Part shown: positions 1 to 14,138 of the stretch, piece after piece
Layout: every line of letters begins with the position of its first letter
Numbering within the stretch: position 1 is the stretch's first letter
From: Octopus sinensis
Lineage: Eukaryota
Direction: 5' to 3'
DNA: 64,000 bases
Assembly (NCBI RefSeq): GCF_006345805.1
Contig: NC_042998.1
Location: forward strand, 75,268,001-75,332,000
Translations under genes and position numbers: made by a program
Notes under the pieces: generated by a model
Database searches by the model: none
The model's input: only the letters and a program-made list of their open reading frames with translations
Told to the model about the DNA's origin: nothing

Positions 1-395
1 GATGGTTTGCTAACTGCAAGCCCCAGGGAGGAGCCAGCTCACACAGCTACTAAAGCATTACGACTGGGTACTGAAACAGCAGATCAACCAATTTATTGTA
101 GATGTGATATATCTCGACTTTGCCAACACCTTTAATAATGTTGGTCACGGGACGATATGTCACAAACTGTGTGACCTTGGTATCGTTTGAAAACTAGGAG
201 CGTAAATGCATGACGTTTTAAAGGATAGAAGAGAGACAGTTGCAGGCAACGGTGCTCTCCCTAAGTAGACATCAATTCGCAGCAGAGTGCCTCACGAGAC
301 TGTACTGGGACCACAACTGTTTCTGGTTGCTCTTTCAGGCATGACTCAACAATACAGTCAGCCACGATTACGCTGATAATACAAAAGTATCACTC
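1..395 (+). mobile_element. CR1/L2-like LINE reverse transcriptase remnant (stops, frameshift), truncated by window edge
   Basis: Frame from 98 reads VDVIYLDFANTFNNVGHGTICHKLCDLGIV*KLGA*MHDVLKDRRETVAGNG...RVPHETVLGPQLF, then after a shift DYADNTKV. These match RT motifs VDVIYLDFxKAFD, GVPQGxVLGPxLF and YADD. Confidence 0.85.
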
Positions 396-600
396 CTGTG
401 ATATGGTGTTATGGATATGGCAACCCATTAGTTCGAATTCTTATTTCAAGGTGTATTTCCAGGACCACGTGCCATGAATGGATTTAGATTGTCGATGACA
501 TCAGCTCATTTATCCAGAAGTCACCTCGAGATAAATTCATATAATGAGCTTATTAAATTTTAAGTCGCATTCAGCCGTATCAGACTGTTATTAGGCTATA

Positions 601-608
601 TTTATATA

Positions 609-670
<62 letters not shown>
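601..670. repeat. (TA)n microsatellite
   Basis: Direct reading. Confidence 0.95.
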
Positions 671-675
<5 letters not shown>

Positions 676-1274
676 GAGGGTACTACTATTCATAGATACC
701 GCACGCTAGGAGGGGCCCTTGCGACCATAACTACTAAAATAAACAAACTGTACCGAATGCAAAACTTCAAAGCAAGTCATTTAAAAAAAGAATTTAGTTA
801 CATATCACTTGTGATTTCGCAATTAATACAGAATATGCATTCTATGCTCATCAGTGCAACAAACTCAAGACATATAAGAAAAAAACATAACATTACAAAC
901 CCGACAGCCAACCGTAGAATTCGTCGTAGCATGTACGAATGTTTATCTTTACATATCTATGAAAATGGCCGGCTTATTCGCAATGCATTTCGGTTACAAA
1001 TTGCTTACTCGGAACAAAAATTCAGTATTGAACTATTCCGGTGAAAAATATAAATTTAAAATTGAGGATAAAATCTTTATAAAAAATTATCAGTAGTTAG
1101 CGTGAAAAACCTCGTAAGAGAAAAATCCGTAAATTTTTCCACTTTGAAAATATTTATTTATATTATATAGAGGGTACTACTATTCATAGATACCGCACGC
1201 TAGGAGGGGCCCTTGCAGCCATAACTACTAAAATAAACAAACTGTACCGAATGCAAAACTTCAAAGCAAGTCAT
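667..1274 (-). mobile_element. Non-coding A-B-A element (494-bp period, 114-bp terminal direct repeat) carrying a hammerhead ribozyme; retrozyme or PLE pLTR-like
   Basis: 667-780 is repeated at 1161-1274 (offset 494; only GCGACC vs GCAGCC differs). Hammerhead at 797-860 on the minus strand. Flanked by microsatellites. Confidence 0.75.
797..860 (-). ncRNA. Type I hammerhead ribozyme, intact core
   Basis: Minus strand: GTTGCA CTGATGA GC(A..25 nt..T)GC GAAA TCAC AA GTGA TA^ TGTAAC. Stem I has 6 bp, extendable by GAGTTT/AAATTC past a 1-nt bulge. Stem III is ATCAC/GTGAT and the cleavage triplet is AUA. Confidence 0.85.
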
Positions 1275-1450
1275 GTATGTATGTATATGTATATATATAT
1301 ACATACATGCATTTATATATATATATATATATGTGTGTGTGTATCTATGTATACATATATACATACATGCATACACCTTTGTATATATATTTATAGAGAT
1401 AGAGAAAGAGGAGACAGGGAGCGAGATAGATTGTGATAGATAGATGTATT

Positions 1451-1514
<64 letters not shown>

Positions 1515-1569
1515 CTGCATATATACAACATACACACAAACACACACGTGCTCATATATATATTTATAA

Positions 1570-1600
<31 letters not shown>

Positions 1601-1625
1601 ATTATATATATATATATATATATAT
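1275..1625. repeat. Compound (TATG)/(TA)/(GA)/(CA) microsatellite tract
   Basis: Direct reading. Confidence 0.9.
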
Positions 1626-1790
1626 TCATAAGAATGGCTTGTTCGCTTCAAAAATTCGTTTCGGTACCACTTTGAATGAAGCTGCACTGGTGTGGTTACC
1701 TAGGATGAACTCAAAATGGAATAGAAGCAACATGATGCAACCAAATGTCAGAAGCTAGCATATGTGTGCAGTAGAAACAGACATATTTTA

Positions 1791-1923
1791 TGTATGTATG
1801 TATGTATGTATTATGTATGTATGTATGTATGTATGTATGTATGTATGTATGTATGTATGTATGCATGTATGTATGTATGTTGTATGTATGTATGTATGTA
1901 TGTATGTATGTATGTATGTATGT
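1791..1923. repeat. (TATG)n microsatellite
   Basis: Direct reading. Confidence 0.95.
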
Positions 1924-4900
1924 ATAATCTTGGAAAACTATATGTAGATATACGCCCGTTGAATGTATCATTTAATGTAGTTTATTTTTTGTATAGAATT
2001 ATTTAAAGGTAACATATTGAAATTGTACTGTTTGTGTTTATAACGTTATCAATGCTATCGATATTAAATACAAAGTTGATGCTTTTCAGGACATCATACA
2101 CAGAAAATATCACCGAAGTGATACATATGTAATGAATGCTTTATGATAATAATCGAAACCAATCTGAGTGTATCTTTATTGTGTATGTGTGTGTTTGGTG
2201 TGTGTGTGATGTGGGTGTGTGCCAGTGTGTGCGTGTGTTTGCGTTTGTGTTAAGTAACAAAAACGCATTCTTTAACAGTGCAAATTTCCATGCACATGAG
2301 GAATACCCCAAAACTTTCATATATTAGATAACTGCGTTTTTCAATACCCTTCGATTTTCCAAGGAGAGATTGTGTGCTACACAGAATGGATCTTTGTAAA
2401 TGACTGTTTGCTTGGTTAATTTTTGCAGCTAGTTTTGAACCTATATGTTATATAAATAGATGAAAGCTCCACACGATAGAGAACACCTCATTCTGAACAA
2501 TAGCACTCCTCTTTAAATTAACTTTCTTCCTTTGTAACCTAAGGTCAGATGTGTCCATAGGTTTACCTATCCTAATAATTTCGTGAGAATACTAATACGT
2601 GCATTTCTGATAGAAAATAAACACTGATGTCTGTCCTCTGTGAGATGCTTCAGAAAAAAAAAGGTTTCAGCTTTGCTCTCCATACCAGTATCCTGGAATG
2701 AAGTGTTTCTTAATCGTACGTGGAAGTCTTTATATGTTTCAGATTAAATCTGTGATAATTGCACAGGTATGGTATACTAGAAAGCCTGTATTTCCAGGAG
2801 AAATTACAAACCAATCAGAACTAATATATATTTCGTCACATATTACATATCTTTTCTCTGAAACATAAAAGAATAGAAGAGTATATATGTATATTTATGC
2901 CATCCTCAAGAGATTAAGAAGTATCTCAGTCTGTGCGCTTCTCATGCCTCTGATCACACTTTTGACACAAAGAATACAAACTGATACAGTTTTATACGAA
3001 GACTGGTTCGCGAGTACCCGCAGATCTCTTATCTATTAATTAGCGTACACAATAATTTGTCGTATATATTTATAGATATCTGTGAATAAATGTAGACTGA
3101 CTTTTATGTTTAAGCATAATTTGAAAATGTAATAATCAAGTTTCTCTTCACAGATTGCGTTGTTTTTTTGTAAAATATATATTGTATATTTGCTTAAGCT
3201 TTCTTAAGATTAAATAATTCTATTAGAGACATATATTACAACTGAGACAGAAAGCGTCAATGTAACAATATAAAAAAAAACTTTTCAAATTAACACATTT
3301 TTCATATTCTGTTAGATGTATTAGATCATAATTTATTATGAATCATAATTTCAGAAATATATCACCTTGATATGTCTTAACTATGAATTCTTTGAAACTT
3401 CTCTAAAATATCATGTTATGACCACATTGAGATATCATTCACCTATCTGGGAATGTTGTACTCATACTCAGGAAGAACTTTCGGCTAGATGCCAATTATT
3501 CACAAACCAACTTACAGAAATTGTCAATTCATTTCTCTGCTTTTCTTACCGTCTGCGTCTTCTTTTTCTAAAAGAACATCCCCCATTTCATCCCCAACAA
3601 ACGCCACTTAAAACAATTGTTTTCTTAATACGTCGTCCGTACATCCATAATGTATCACCTATCAGATCCTGAATAACCCCCTTACCGCCCATTACTGCTC
3701 TACGTTGTTGTGACGCCACCTACTTTGACTGTTGGAGTCACTCTACAGAACTTCAAGACATCAATTGTCTCACCTTGTTTAGTCACGAGAGTTAATATGT
3801 CCTGATATTGTGACTTCCTCTTCTATTTATCTTGACTTGTAATCCAGTAAGTAACGGGCCAATGAGGATACCGCTACGTGATACCTCGTCTTAGTAAAAA
3901 TATCGGGCAAAATCACATTCCATTGTCATTAGAATGTCGAGCGCGTTCTTATGGAGCTCCATAAGAAAATATCAGTTACTAGGAACTAATAAATGTTTTT
4001 AGGAATTGTGATCTGTAAGAAAGCTATAACTGTATGCAATAGTATACATCAAGACATAATGGGATCACGTGCAATACAAATTATTGATGAACTAATTTTT
4101 ACTTATAAAAAATTCAATCATAAGTCATGGTGTAATTAAGCATCATATTTTCAAATGTTATTATTCCAAATCTGTTTCTTATACTATTGACAATGCCGGA
4201 AATATGGTTTATCATATGTACAAAGTAGTGCAAAAAACATAACTGGGCTGACAGACACTCTGCAGCTCATCTCAGTTTTTTTTTTTTCTTTCATGTTTTC
4301 TAAAAGAATATAAGTGACAGTATAGCCTCTCTGTTACTAAATCGGACACATATTAAGAGAGCTATATGAATGTAATTTTGGTTCCTAACATGTGAAGATG
4401 ACATCGTTTACATTATATCATACCTTGCCCTCATTAATATTAATATGCTGCGTAAACACAAGGATCAAGTGCTAGAAGCAACATTAAAGTAAAGGTGTTT
4501 TCCCCTCGTTGCATTGCGGAAAGGGAAATGCTGTGTTAGAAACAAGAAATGCTATTTAACTATTTAACCTCAAGGCTGCTACGTTCATAAAATTAGCTGC
4601 ATACACACTAACGTATGAACATCTTACATAATCACTTGGGCGTCTTTTAGAAATAACGATCAAATAATCCTCAAATCAGAGTTCCCTGTGTTAAAAGGAC
4701 GTATTAGATAAATCAGTGGCATGGAAAACATAAGATATTTCATGGCTATAACACATTTGATCACATATGTACTTGATTAGTGCTGTCCAGGAGTTAGACG
4801 AAAACTAGTTGTATATTGTATATATTATTGGCGAAGTATATCTATTTTTCCTTTATGCAACAGAAGTAAAGTAATATTTTTATTGATATTCCGTATTCGC

Positions 4901-5445
4901 TTTGTTCTCAGGCATGTCGGTTATATTAAGCATATGTATTCTTTTTTTGATGCCAGTTAATATTATTACTTTTGTTGTAACATCCAATGTGAATTTCTGT
5001 AATGTAAGACGACAATACTAGTGATTTCATAATCTCAGTCTTAAAACTTTTACGTATTTCTATAACATTCGTTGACTTAAGATGTCAACATTGTTGTCTC
5101 GTCTTTAGTTAGATGTTCGGCAGTTACAGAAGGTTAAATGGATAGTATCCATGGCCACCAATAATATGATACCTGATTCCTACAGCAAATTTCCCATGGC
5201 CAGGCCACAAAGGTTAATTCCTCTCTTGTATAATTATGAAGAAGCAATGAAACGTCAGATGCATCGGAAAATTGAGGCTTGCTTTGTAAGCTCATAGCTA
5301 AGAGCCTACGTTAACTGGTATATGAAAATTTTTCTATGTTCGATTCCTAAGAGTTCAGCAAAACTTTGATGAAACATTGATGAAACGTCTTCTGTTATAA
5401 ATATTTCACCTACAGGTAATATTCCTTCCTACTGAAAGCACAAGG

Positions 5446-5580
5446 CTTGAAAGGGGACTAGTCGACTATATCGACCCCAGTATTTCATCAGTACTTAATT
5501 TATCGACCCAGAAACGATGAAAGGCAAAGTCGACCACGCTGGAATTTAAACTCAGAACGACGAAATGCCAGATTGCCGCC
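5446..5580 (-). mobile_element. SINE family A (GGCGGCGAGCTGGCAGAA head), internally deleted copy
   Basis: Reverse complement of GTTCTGAGTT..GTCGACTTTGCCTTTCATC..GTCGATAAATTAAGTAC, shared with the copies at 22661 and 57233. Confidence 0.85.
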
Positions 5581-6520
5581 TTCCTAACTAGACACTATAC
5601 GTACCAATTTGAAATGACGAAACTAGGAACATACCAACAGGCTGTGATTAAGTATCAACTGCATATCGGTTGCCTGCGCTACTAATATTGCTTCCTGAAT
5701 TTCCACAACACTCCCACTTGTTTCAGAGATAGATAGGGGCTTAGATTCAGCCCAATTAACTAATCTACTCAGTATGAATATAGTGATGGATCTAACCTCG
5801 ATTCGAAATTCACAACAAAATATGACCAATTATTATATCTTAAATATGAACGGCAGACAGCTGAAAAATAATTATCGTGACAAACATCATACCGAGATCA
5901 TTAGTAACACCAAATGACTGTCAAATTATCTGGAAAACAAGATAGATTTCAAGGTGAAATTGTATATTGTATACGGGAAAAAAGTTATTCGAAAAGTAGT
6001 TGCAGCTACTCTGTGGTGTAGACGACGAAGCAGTAAGTAGTAGATTTATAGTTCGAATCCTAGCAGGGATATAGATTTTTTTATATCACAATATTTACAT
6101 AGGTTTATAGTTTTATCTATTTCGAGTTGCATCATTAAAAGCGAAGTAGCTAAGCCATTAATTTAATTCTCAATGGGTTACTGGATTCAATAAATACGTG
6201 AAATGACGTATACATTAGTGCTATCCATGCCCTTTCTAGAGTTGATTTAATTCATTATTTTAATATCTGACCGTCCTTGCTGACATCTAATATTATGGCA
6301 TTTGACACCAATTTGACAATAAATTGTACAATATTACATCCCCTAATGATCACACTATTTCTAATTTTCAAATTTTGTAGATTTCACATTGAAACTATAT
6401 TGATTAACAGCAGTTGGTACGGTCAGAATTTTTTCTATATTTTATTATACAACACAACATTGTACGTTTCACATAAATGCGGTACATTATGGATTGGAAG
6501 GGTAATTAATTACTGAATAG

Positions 6521-6565
6521 CGTGCGTGCATGCGTGCGTGCATGCGTGCGTGCATGCGTGCGTGT
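6521..6565. repeat. (GCGTGCGTGCAT)n repeat
   Basis: Direct reading. Confidence 0.85.
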
Positions 6566-6789
6566 ATGTATGTATATGTGTATGATGCCTGCAAGTGTGT
6601 GTCTCTGTATTGGTCTGTATGAAAGGTTCTTTTGTACATGTCTGAAAATGTAAACGTGTGTGTGTTCACGGTACGTGCGTATATATAATGTAGGTGTGGG
6701 TGTATGTATGTATGTATGTGGGTCTAATGACATCAATAAAGCAATAATTCATAAAATGATTTTAAATGTTTGTGGAAGGTGGGGTTATC

Positions 6790-7430
6790 CTTAGACAAAA
6801 TGGTGTTTGGGTTTGGAGAGTGAAGATGTAGCGCTGTTCAAAGGCAAAGTCTGGTGTTGGTGTAGCCTTGGTGCAAGCCCAGGCCGAAGGCAGTGAGGTA
6901 GTGTGGCTGGCGGAACATAAATGGCGGGCAACGAGGGATATTTTCCCGCAGGCGGATTCCCATAGGTGTTCGGTGAATCTGTTGGCTAGCCTTCGGCCCG
7001 ACTGACTAACTTATAAACAGTTGCAAAGGGTACAATAAATGCAATATACCAGATTAGATAAGGTTCAGGAGAAGGAGTCTCGGGTAAGGAGTGTATGTTG
7101 CTTAGATTCAGTGAGGGAGGTGATGTTGGTGATGAACGGATGTCTGTTGAAACGGGGTCTGGAGTAAGAGAAAGATTTAGGCTGGAGTGGGAGTGAGCTA
7201 TGGATCAGTAGATCGCGTAGGCTGCAGGCGTGTTTGAAGGAAGACAAGGGTGGTTGGGGGAAAACAGCGATGGTGGTAGGATCCTCCGACGGAGGGCTAG
7301 GTTGGAGGGGTAGAAAAGAAAGGAAAAGGGAATTTCGTTGGAAGACCGTTGAATGTAAGGAGAGAGGGTTGTGGTGCGATCAGCTTGGTGGATAACTTAG
7401 GTTTCAGACATTATTGACCAAGACCTTTTG
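6790..7430 (-). mobile_element. Penelope-like element GIY-YIG endonuclease remnant
   Basis: Minus strand reads PQPPLSSFKHACSLRDLLIHSSLP...SNLVYCIYCTLCNCL*VSQSGRRLANRFTEHL...VARHL...EQRYIF. This fits the PLE GIY-YIG pattern NLVYCIxCxxC..YIGETGRxLxxRFxEH. Confidence 0.85.
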
Positions 7431-9434
7431 TAACATAATTGTTCTACATGGAGAAGTATTTCATGCATTTTCTTTTTGTTAGAAACCGCTTAAATGTAAT
7501 AGAATCTTCATTTCATTTATTTTTTCTCAATAGCATTGCATAGTATTGCATAAAGGAAACCTAATTCAGGTTACAAATGCTGCGTAATGCGATGTGGATT
7601 CGACGCTTAATGGAGAAATATGGCAAAGGAAGTGGGACAATTTAGAAACAAAAAAATTATCGTTTGCACATCTTTGATGAAATATTTTGTATATTATAAA
7701 AATATATTATTGCTAACAGTGCCTTTAAGGAGAATAGGGTCCGAGTTTTGAAGCGATCCCAGTAAAACAATAACCGTCATGTCATTTTAAAAATTCCTTA
7801 GTATATTTGTTTTGTTTTGTAATTGAACTCACCCATGATTCAATTTATAACACCTTGTTTGGTATGAATAGACCACAGAAGAGTACAATATTCAAGAAGA
7901 CAACCACCAAAAGTAGAAACTTTAATAACAATGATACCAGGATCTCTTGTCCGAATAGTTTAAAGGATCAACAGCACATTCGCTGAACATATCGACTTTC
8001 CTCTATATGTGTGCATTCCAGTATAGTTACTTGAGCTATCCTGAGGGAATTGTATTCGCTGTTTAATTACATCTCCATTTTCAAAGTAGATGAGCTCAAT
8101 CTCCATCTCGTTTAATAGCGTGTATTTTTCAACACTCATTGTCACACAAGGTATAAGCCAGATTTGAGTTCTCTCCGATCTACTACCCAGAAACTTAATC
8201 ATCTTCAAAAACATGTTACGTTACTGAGTTTACACTTGCAACATCTGTTACATAAATAATGAAGATATGTGAGCTAACAACGCACGTTGTGAAACACCAC
8301 AAATGATGTAACAAAAAATCTACTATAGTACTTTTCCGCAGATATCAGTGGTAGATTATTTCTTCCATAGGATGCTGAATTTGACACTTTTAAAGGATAT
8401 ACTAAAATCAAAGTATATAATATCCGTGTTGGCGGCCCTCACATTAAGCATTTAAAATATCATCAAAGTAGCCCAGACGCTATATCAAACATTCTATACC
8501 TTCATAAAAATTGTGCTATTTGTTATTTAGAAGACTGTTGCTCTTTAGAGTATAATATTTCTAATCTCGCCACCTTCTCAGATAAATTATTGATATAACA
8601 GATTAGTAAGATCTGATGATAATTAATTACGAGTAACGTTTTTCTTTCCGTATAAAAGTGGGATGACAGACAGGGATAGTAATTGTTCATGTATACTACC
8701 TATATCTGAGAATCTCACACAGGGATTAGCATGGCAGATTCAAGTTGATGCTGGCACTTCGTCAAGATACGAGCAGAAAACCCATTTAACTTGACTTAAT
8801 AAATTCAGCTTAACTTCAATTTTATTTATTGCCACTATATTTGCCTTGGCGCCGACAGATCCGTCAGAAAGAAACTAAGGCTTTACTTCATTAATACAAA
8901 ATCACTGAAAACAGAACAGCAGTCTTCTGTAAAAATTTTTCTCAGGGCTTTGCTCTCGCTAGGCAGAATGTTTTCATAAATCAGTGAGCCGATGGACGAA
9001 ACACTTGACCATTTTTTTTAGCAAATATGTAGAAAATTATGAGGTGCCTAATTTTCTCAGTAACCCGGACTTTTCTCTGTGACATTTTAATTGTTAATGA
9101 TTTCTGTTATGCTTCTCTGGAGATAATGTCTTTTTGCCGATTCGAAAGTTGTTATTACAATCCTAAGAGTGCTGCTGACGACATTTTAGCCGATTGATAT
9201 TTTTAAAGCTTTTGTTTTCCCAATGATTTTCTACCTTTCATGGATGTCTGCAAATCTTTTTTATTTCGGATCAGCTAGGGACTTGAGTTTAGAGTGCATT
9301 AATAACGGTATCCTCAAATAGCTAGAGGGATACTTTGATATGAATGGAAAACCAGTCAACAAGTTATACGTCATGTATGATTGCACTCCAGTTTTCGTTA
9401 TGCTAATCCATGGTGTCAAATGTGTCGGCTAGTA

Positions 9435-10300
9435 TCAGTGATTTTGGATGATGAAAAAGGAGGCTACACAGTGTCGTGGCATCATTTGAGAGAAGAGTTT
9501 AAGAACAGGAATAAAATGAATATTACTAACATAGTAGCTTAACACTAAGTCCAAAACGTTTTCTGTATCTTTGGACGAGCACGATTTGAGACCAAAGAAA
9601 AGACGTTCATGAAACTGAAAAGTGTTTCTACAATATTCTGCTGCTGTATGTGGTTGATGTGAGTTCCTGATTTCATAGTATTTGTTGACCAATTGTGAAA
9701 GTGGATATTAAATTCACATTTCATTAGTATTTTTCCATAGTTGCATTTCTAGATGAGAAAATTTAATTTTATAACGAACTCATGAAAGCAGAGTAGAAGC
9801 ATGAGGTAGCTTCTAAAGAGAGCTCAATAGCCTTGTCGTTGAGAGACACCGATTTACAATAGCTAGTAAAAAAATAAATACTTTCCCTATTCGACATGGG
9901 ATCATGGAAGAAAAAATCGTACCTCTTCTATATCTTCGGCCTGAGCGATTCGTACTAATGCTGCTGAATTTTTTAACCTGGCATCAGAGTAGAAAATGTT
10001 GAGATGGATTACAGAGAAGGATAGACTGTGACTATTCAGCTACCTAACCCTCAATATATGAAATTTACTTTTGTGCATTGATAAATGAGTTAATGCCTAG
10101 TAGATTTGTCAGTAACATCTATGATAAGGTGAGTTCGTTACTTCGTGAGACTTGCACTGTAGTCATTCTCGATTAGTGGCAGCACTGCGAGTACTTCCTG
10201 CATTGAGATCAGAGTAAAGGTTGATGCTGTGATATAACTAGAGCGCTTTTGGGATTTCTTTTGCCAGATGAAAATGCTCAAAAAGATTTCTTTTTTTAGA
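9435..10300 (-). mobile_element. Highly degraded LINE (CR1-like) APE endonuclease remnant
   Basis: ORF 9435-9692 has FHERLFFGLK...ENVLDLVLS...PRH, resembling GLxQxVxxPTRxxNILDLVLT...SDH. Upstream ISMQEV resembles IICLQET. Confidence 0.4.
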
Positions 10301-13300
10301 GAACAATTGATATCTAGAGTCTCTGGAGTTGTCGGTGCGCTACCTGATACGTCACAATTGCTACTTTTGTTTCTACTGAATACCTAATCGTTTCCTGAGT
10401 TGTAGGAAGGTACCGGATCAGTTTTGCTGTAACAATGGGTAGATTTAAGTATTTAATGCACTTTAAGATATCAAAATAGAGAGTGAATATGGCAAGATCG
10501 AATTATTTATTGGTGAAAGTATGCATTATGCAAATACTTTTGTGAATGTATCTTATTAGTTGGCAGTATGTCTCTTAATTGTGAGTGTAGCTCATGGAGA
10601 AAACGTGAAAATACAGTTATATTACAAATATAGTATGTAACGTTGGAAATAGTAACATATTGTAAGAGTTCGTTTATTCGCGTGGGAAAAAGTGGAGCGT
10701 TCGTTGTTTATGGAAGTTTCTGAACTGAGTGATTTGGCCCCTGTTGTTGTAGAAGTGGTTCAACTGAGAGTTAGTGAGGAACTCACAGGTTCTGTACTTG
10801 TTGAATTCAATAGGTCACTGATGTTAGCAGGCGTATTGTAGAACTGAGATGATGGCGGTGATAAACAAAGTGATTTCTTGATGCTGGATAGAATTGATGG
10901 TCGTAGTGGAAGTAGTAGCGCAAATGATGAGGTTGTGGCGCAATAGGAGGAGGAGAATACAGGTTCTGTTACCACATTAATGGATCTGGTGATTGATGGT
11001 ATATGTTGTACCATTAGTGGTTTAATGGAAATCACGAGGTGAAGCTGAAGAGAATATTTCTTACGTGATGTTAAGGAGTATTAAATGGAATTTACAGTTC
11101 ATGAATAAAAACACTAACACGTACATACACACCTACATAAATGCGCACACAAACGCATATATACATATATGTATATATGTATACTATGTAAGTGTGTGTG
11201 TGTGTATGTGTGTGTTACATATTTCTTTTAATCTTTTGTACAGTTCCACCTGTATTGAATACAGGTTGAATATGTTTACTTTGTCATAGAAGGAATGACA
11301 CTTGCTAGAAATGTGACATGCACTAAAATATTTACATACTGAATCAAATGTATCTGAAAGAGTTTGACATGTTCTGATATCAGTAATTTCAACAATGCCT
11401 AGTCCGTCACCTTTCAAACATAATATCTCAGCATTTTCCTTTTGTTATGTGTTAACTACGTAATATGAAATGCTAAACCTTACAATGCACTTGTTATATA
11501 AAGTGAAATGTAGTTTGAATGGATCGAAATATATTGTTATGAGTTGAGTGTTAATGTCGGCATATAGGTCTTCTATTCTTGTCAGCATGCAGTAGCAAGT
11601 TTGAAGTAGATGCTGCATGTCTTTTAACTATAGGCAAAATGTGTTTAACTACAAGATAGTAGTGATGAATATTTCAATATCAGGTTTAAGAAGACTTGGT
11701 AAACATCGTCCATCATAATACTTAATATTTTCAGAGGTCATTCTTAAAATTTAATATTTATGTAATAGATTGGGATTTTCAATTAAGTAAACACAAAATA
11801 TAAATTAAATCAAGCTGCGTTCATTGATAATATCCAAATGAAACAGATTTATTCCACCAGATAACACTTTTATTAATACAATATTAGGGTTATTAAGTAG
11901 AGTTTATTGAGTTAAAAGTTTTTTTAGTTCGAATTTTAATTAAACACATACAGAAATCACAATTGATTTTGAGTTATTACGAAACGGACTTCAGTATAGT
12001 GAATACCGTGTGGAATATAGAACTGAATATAAGTTAAATATATATTAAATAGTAATTCTGGTAACATGCCTAATATAGTTTTGAACGTTACCTTAATTAA
12101 ACTGTTATGAGTAATGTTAATATGATATACAATTACTGTATAAAACGAAGTTATCGCGACGAATATTTATAGCTAAATATATCCGGGTTCAAAATAGGGT
12201 AAGAAGACTATATTAATGAATATATATTTAGCACTAGGGATAACTATATATGATGTTAGATACCTTTTTGGAGTGAGATAGAGATGATTTTTTTATATTG
12301 AAAATATTACGATCGGACAATCACTTCCGGAACCTATGCAGAAACACGAGGGAAAAGATGGGATTAAGAGCAACTTAAGTCACCTTATTTAAGATACCTT
12401 TCACTTGAATAGGCACTTACTAACTAGACCTGTATGTAAATGAATAACAAACCAAATTTATATTAAAATATTAAATTGCTGATGTCACTTAAGATAAACA
12501 TATCCGAATAGTGATATATTAGAATTCAAGCCTTTTGTACATAATAGATATATAATTACCTTCTGTATACTTAGTGATGTGAAAATTCCAATCTTTCTGA
12601 AATTTATACACGAATCTGTCAGTAGCAAATTTAAATTGTATCCATTCAGTATTGATTTTCTTGTAGTTATATGTATACAATGTACATCCTGATAGAAGAC
12701 TTAATAATCAATTATATATATTGGGTGTCATACGAGATAATTTAACGCAAATAGAGATCCATACATGTCTGTGTTCGTAGAAACAGTTGTCTATATTGGA
12801 AAAAAATAATGTCTTCCACAAATGTTCAAGATGCAGGTATAACTATGATTCCTCATATAAGTATCAAGAAATAAGGTCAAAAACAAAACAGATATGTTCT
12901 ATGTTAATTTCATAAAATCCGTTCATTTATATTTCTTATATTGCCTTACCTACAGAATACATGTTTGTGTTTTATGCCCTCATAAAGTTCGCACGAAACC
13001 TCAAAATAACATAATTTTGAAGAACGGTGTAACGGTTGTAACGGAAGGAAACTACTTTCACCACCTGTTTAAACAACTTGACATTCAGCATATCATATAA
13101 AATAAAATTATAATAATCTCAGAAGCAGGTGGTAACTATTTACAGTGAAAATTGTTATCCCCTTCGTTGCGATGTTCATGTCATTTACAACAGATGATTT
13201 AATATTAAGCTTTGAATTTTTGTATCTATATATTTCTCTGCCCTATTTCTCACTCCCTCTCTCTCACACTCTCTATTTTCTGCCCACTTCCCCTGTCTGT

Positions 13301-13329
13301 CTCCTACTCTCTCGCTCTTTCTTTTCCTC

Positions 13330-13331
13330 TT

Positions 13332-13373
<42 letters not shown>
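13330..13373. repeat. (CT)n microsatellite
   Basis: Direct reading. Confidence 0.9.
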
Positions 13374-13376
<3 letters not shown>

Positions 13377-13833
13377 GTACAGCTCTGCACAGATAAATAT
13401 ATACACAAATATAAATCCATTATATACAATGACAGCAATATTAAATTCAAGTTGCCATCAATGTATCGTACTTAACGTCAGTACATCATTGAAATGGAAG
13501 TTACTGATGTATTCATCCAGAGATAACATCTCTTGTAGATGTAATATATTTCAAAACACAATATACATATGTAGACATATATACATGTGTACATATACGA
13601 ATATGAATATACATATATTATTATTCGTTATGTAAGCAAACAAGAACTACCTTATATATGTATATATGTATGTGCGCGTGTATGTATGCGTATGCATAAT
13701 GTAAATATGTATGCATGTATGTGTATATATATATATATATAAAATATTATTAGAGACAAAACCACTATTTTGCAAAACTAACAAGGAAAGACTTAATCAA
13801 TACATAAAATTTTAATAAATAGTCAAAAAACCG

Positions 13834-13876
13834 CCACTACAATTGTTTCTTGTCTTGATCGACAATCTTCAGGTGG
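13834..13876 (-). ncRNA. Minimal type I hammerhead ribozyme (mirror copy)
   Basis: Exact reverse complement of 13923-13965. Confidence 0.85.
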
Positions 13877-13922
13877 ACTTCCAATAAGTCAGTTTCAAAT
13901 TTGAAACTGACTTATTGGAAGT

Positions 13923-13965
13923 CCACCTGAAGATTGTCGATCAAGACAAGAAACAATTGTAGTGG
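13923..13965 (+). ncRNA. Minimal type I hammerhead ribozyme, intact core
   Basis: CCAC CTGAAGA TTGTC GATCAA GACAA GAAA C AATT G TA^ GTGG. Stem I has 4 bp, stem II 5 bp, stem III is palindromic (ACAATTGT), and GUA cleavage falls after 13961. Confidence 0.88.
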
Positions 13966-14138
13966 CGGTTTTTTGACTATTTATTAAAATTTTATGTATT
14001 GATTAAGTCTTTCCTTGTTAGTTTTGCAAAATAGTGGTTTTGTCTCTAATAATATTTTATAATATTTTACTATAAAATTGGATTTAATCCTAAATCTGAT
14101 TTTTTCCCTGTAAATTTGGATTTATTCCCTAATATTTA

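Larger units (their letters stand above)
13738..14061. repeat. Perfect 324-bp palindrome with zero spacer (head-to-head PLE pLTR-like foldback)
   Basis: Centre lies between 13899 and 13900 (GTTTCAAA|TTTGAAAC). The 162-bp arms are exact reverse complements as read by eye. Confidence 0.95.

Noticed and set aside
757-1044. 95-aa ORF inside the 494-bp element
   Set aside because: No recognisable motif; it lies antisense to the hammerhead and its start is duplicated only because of the repeat
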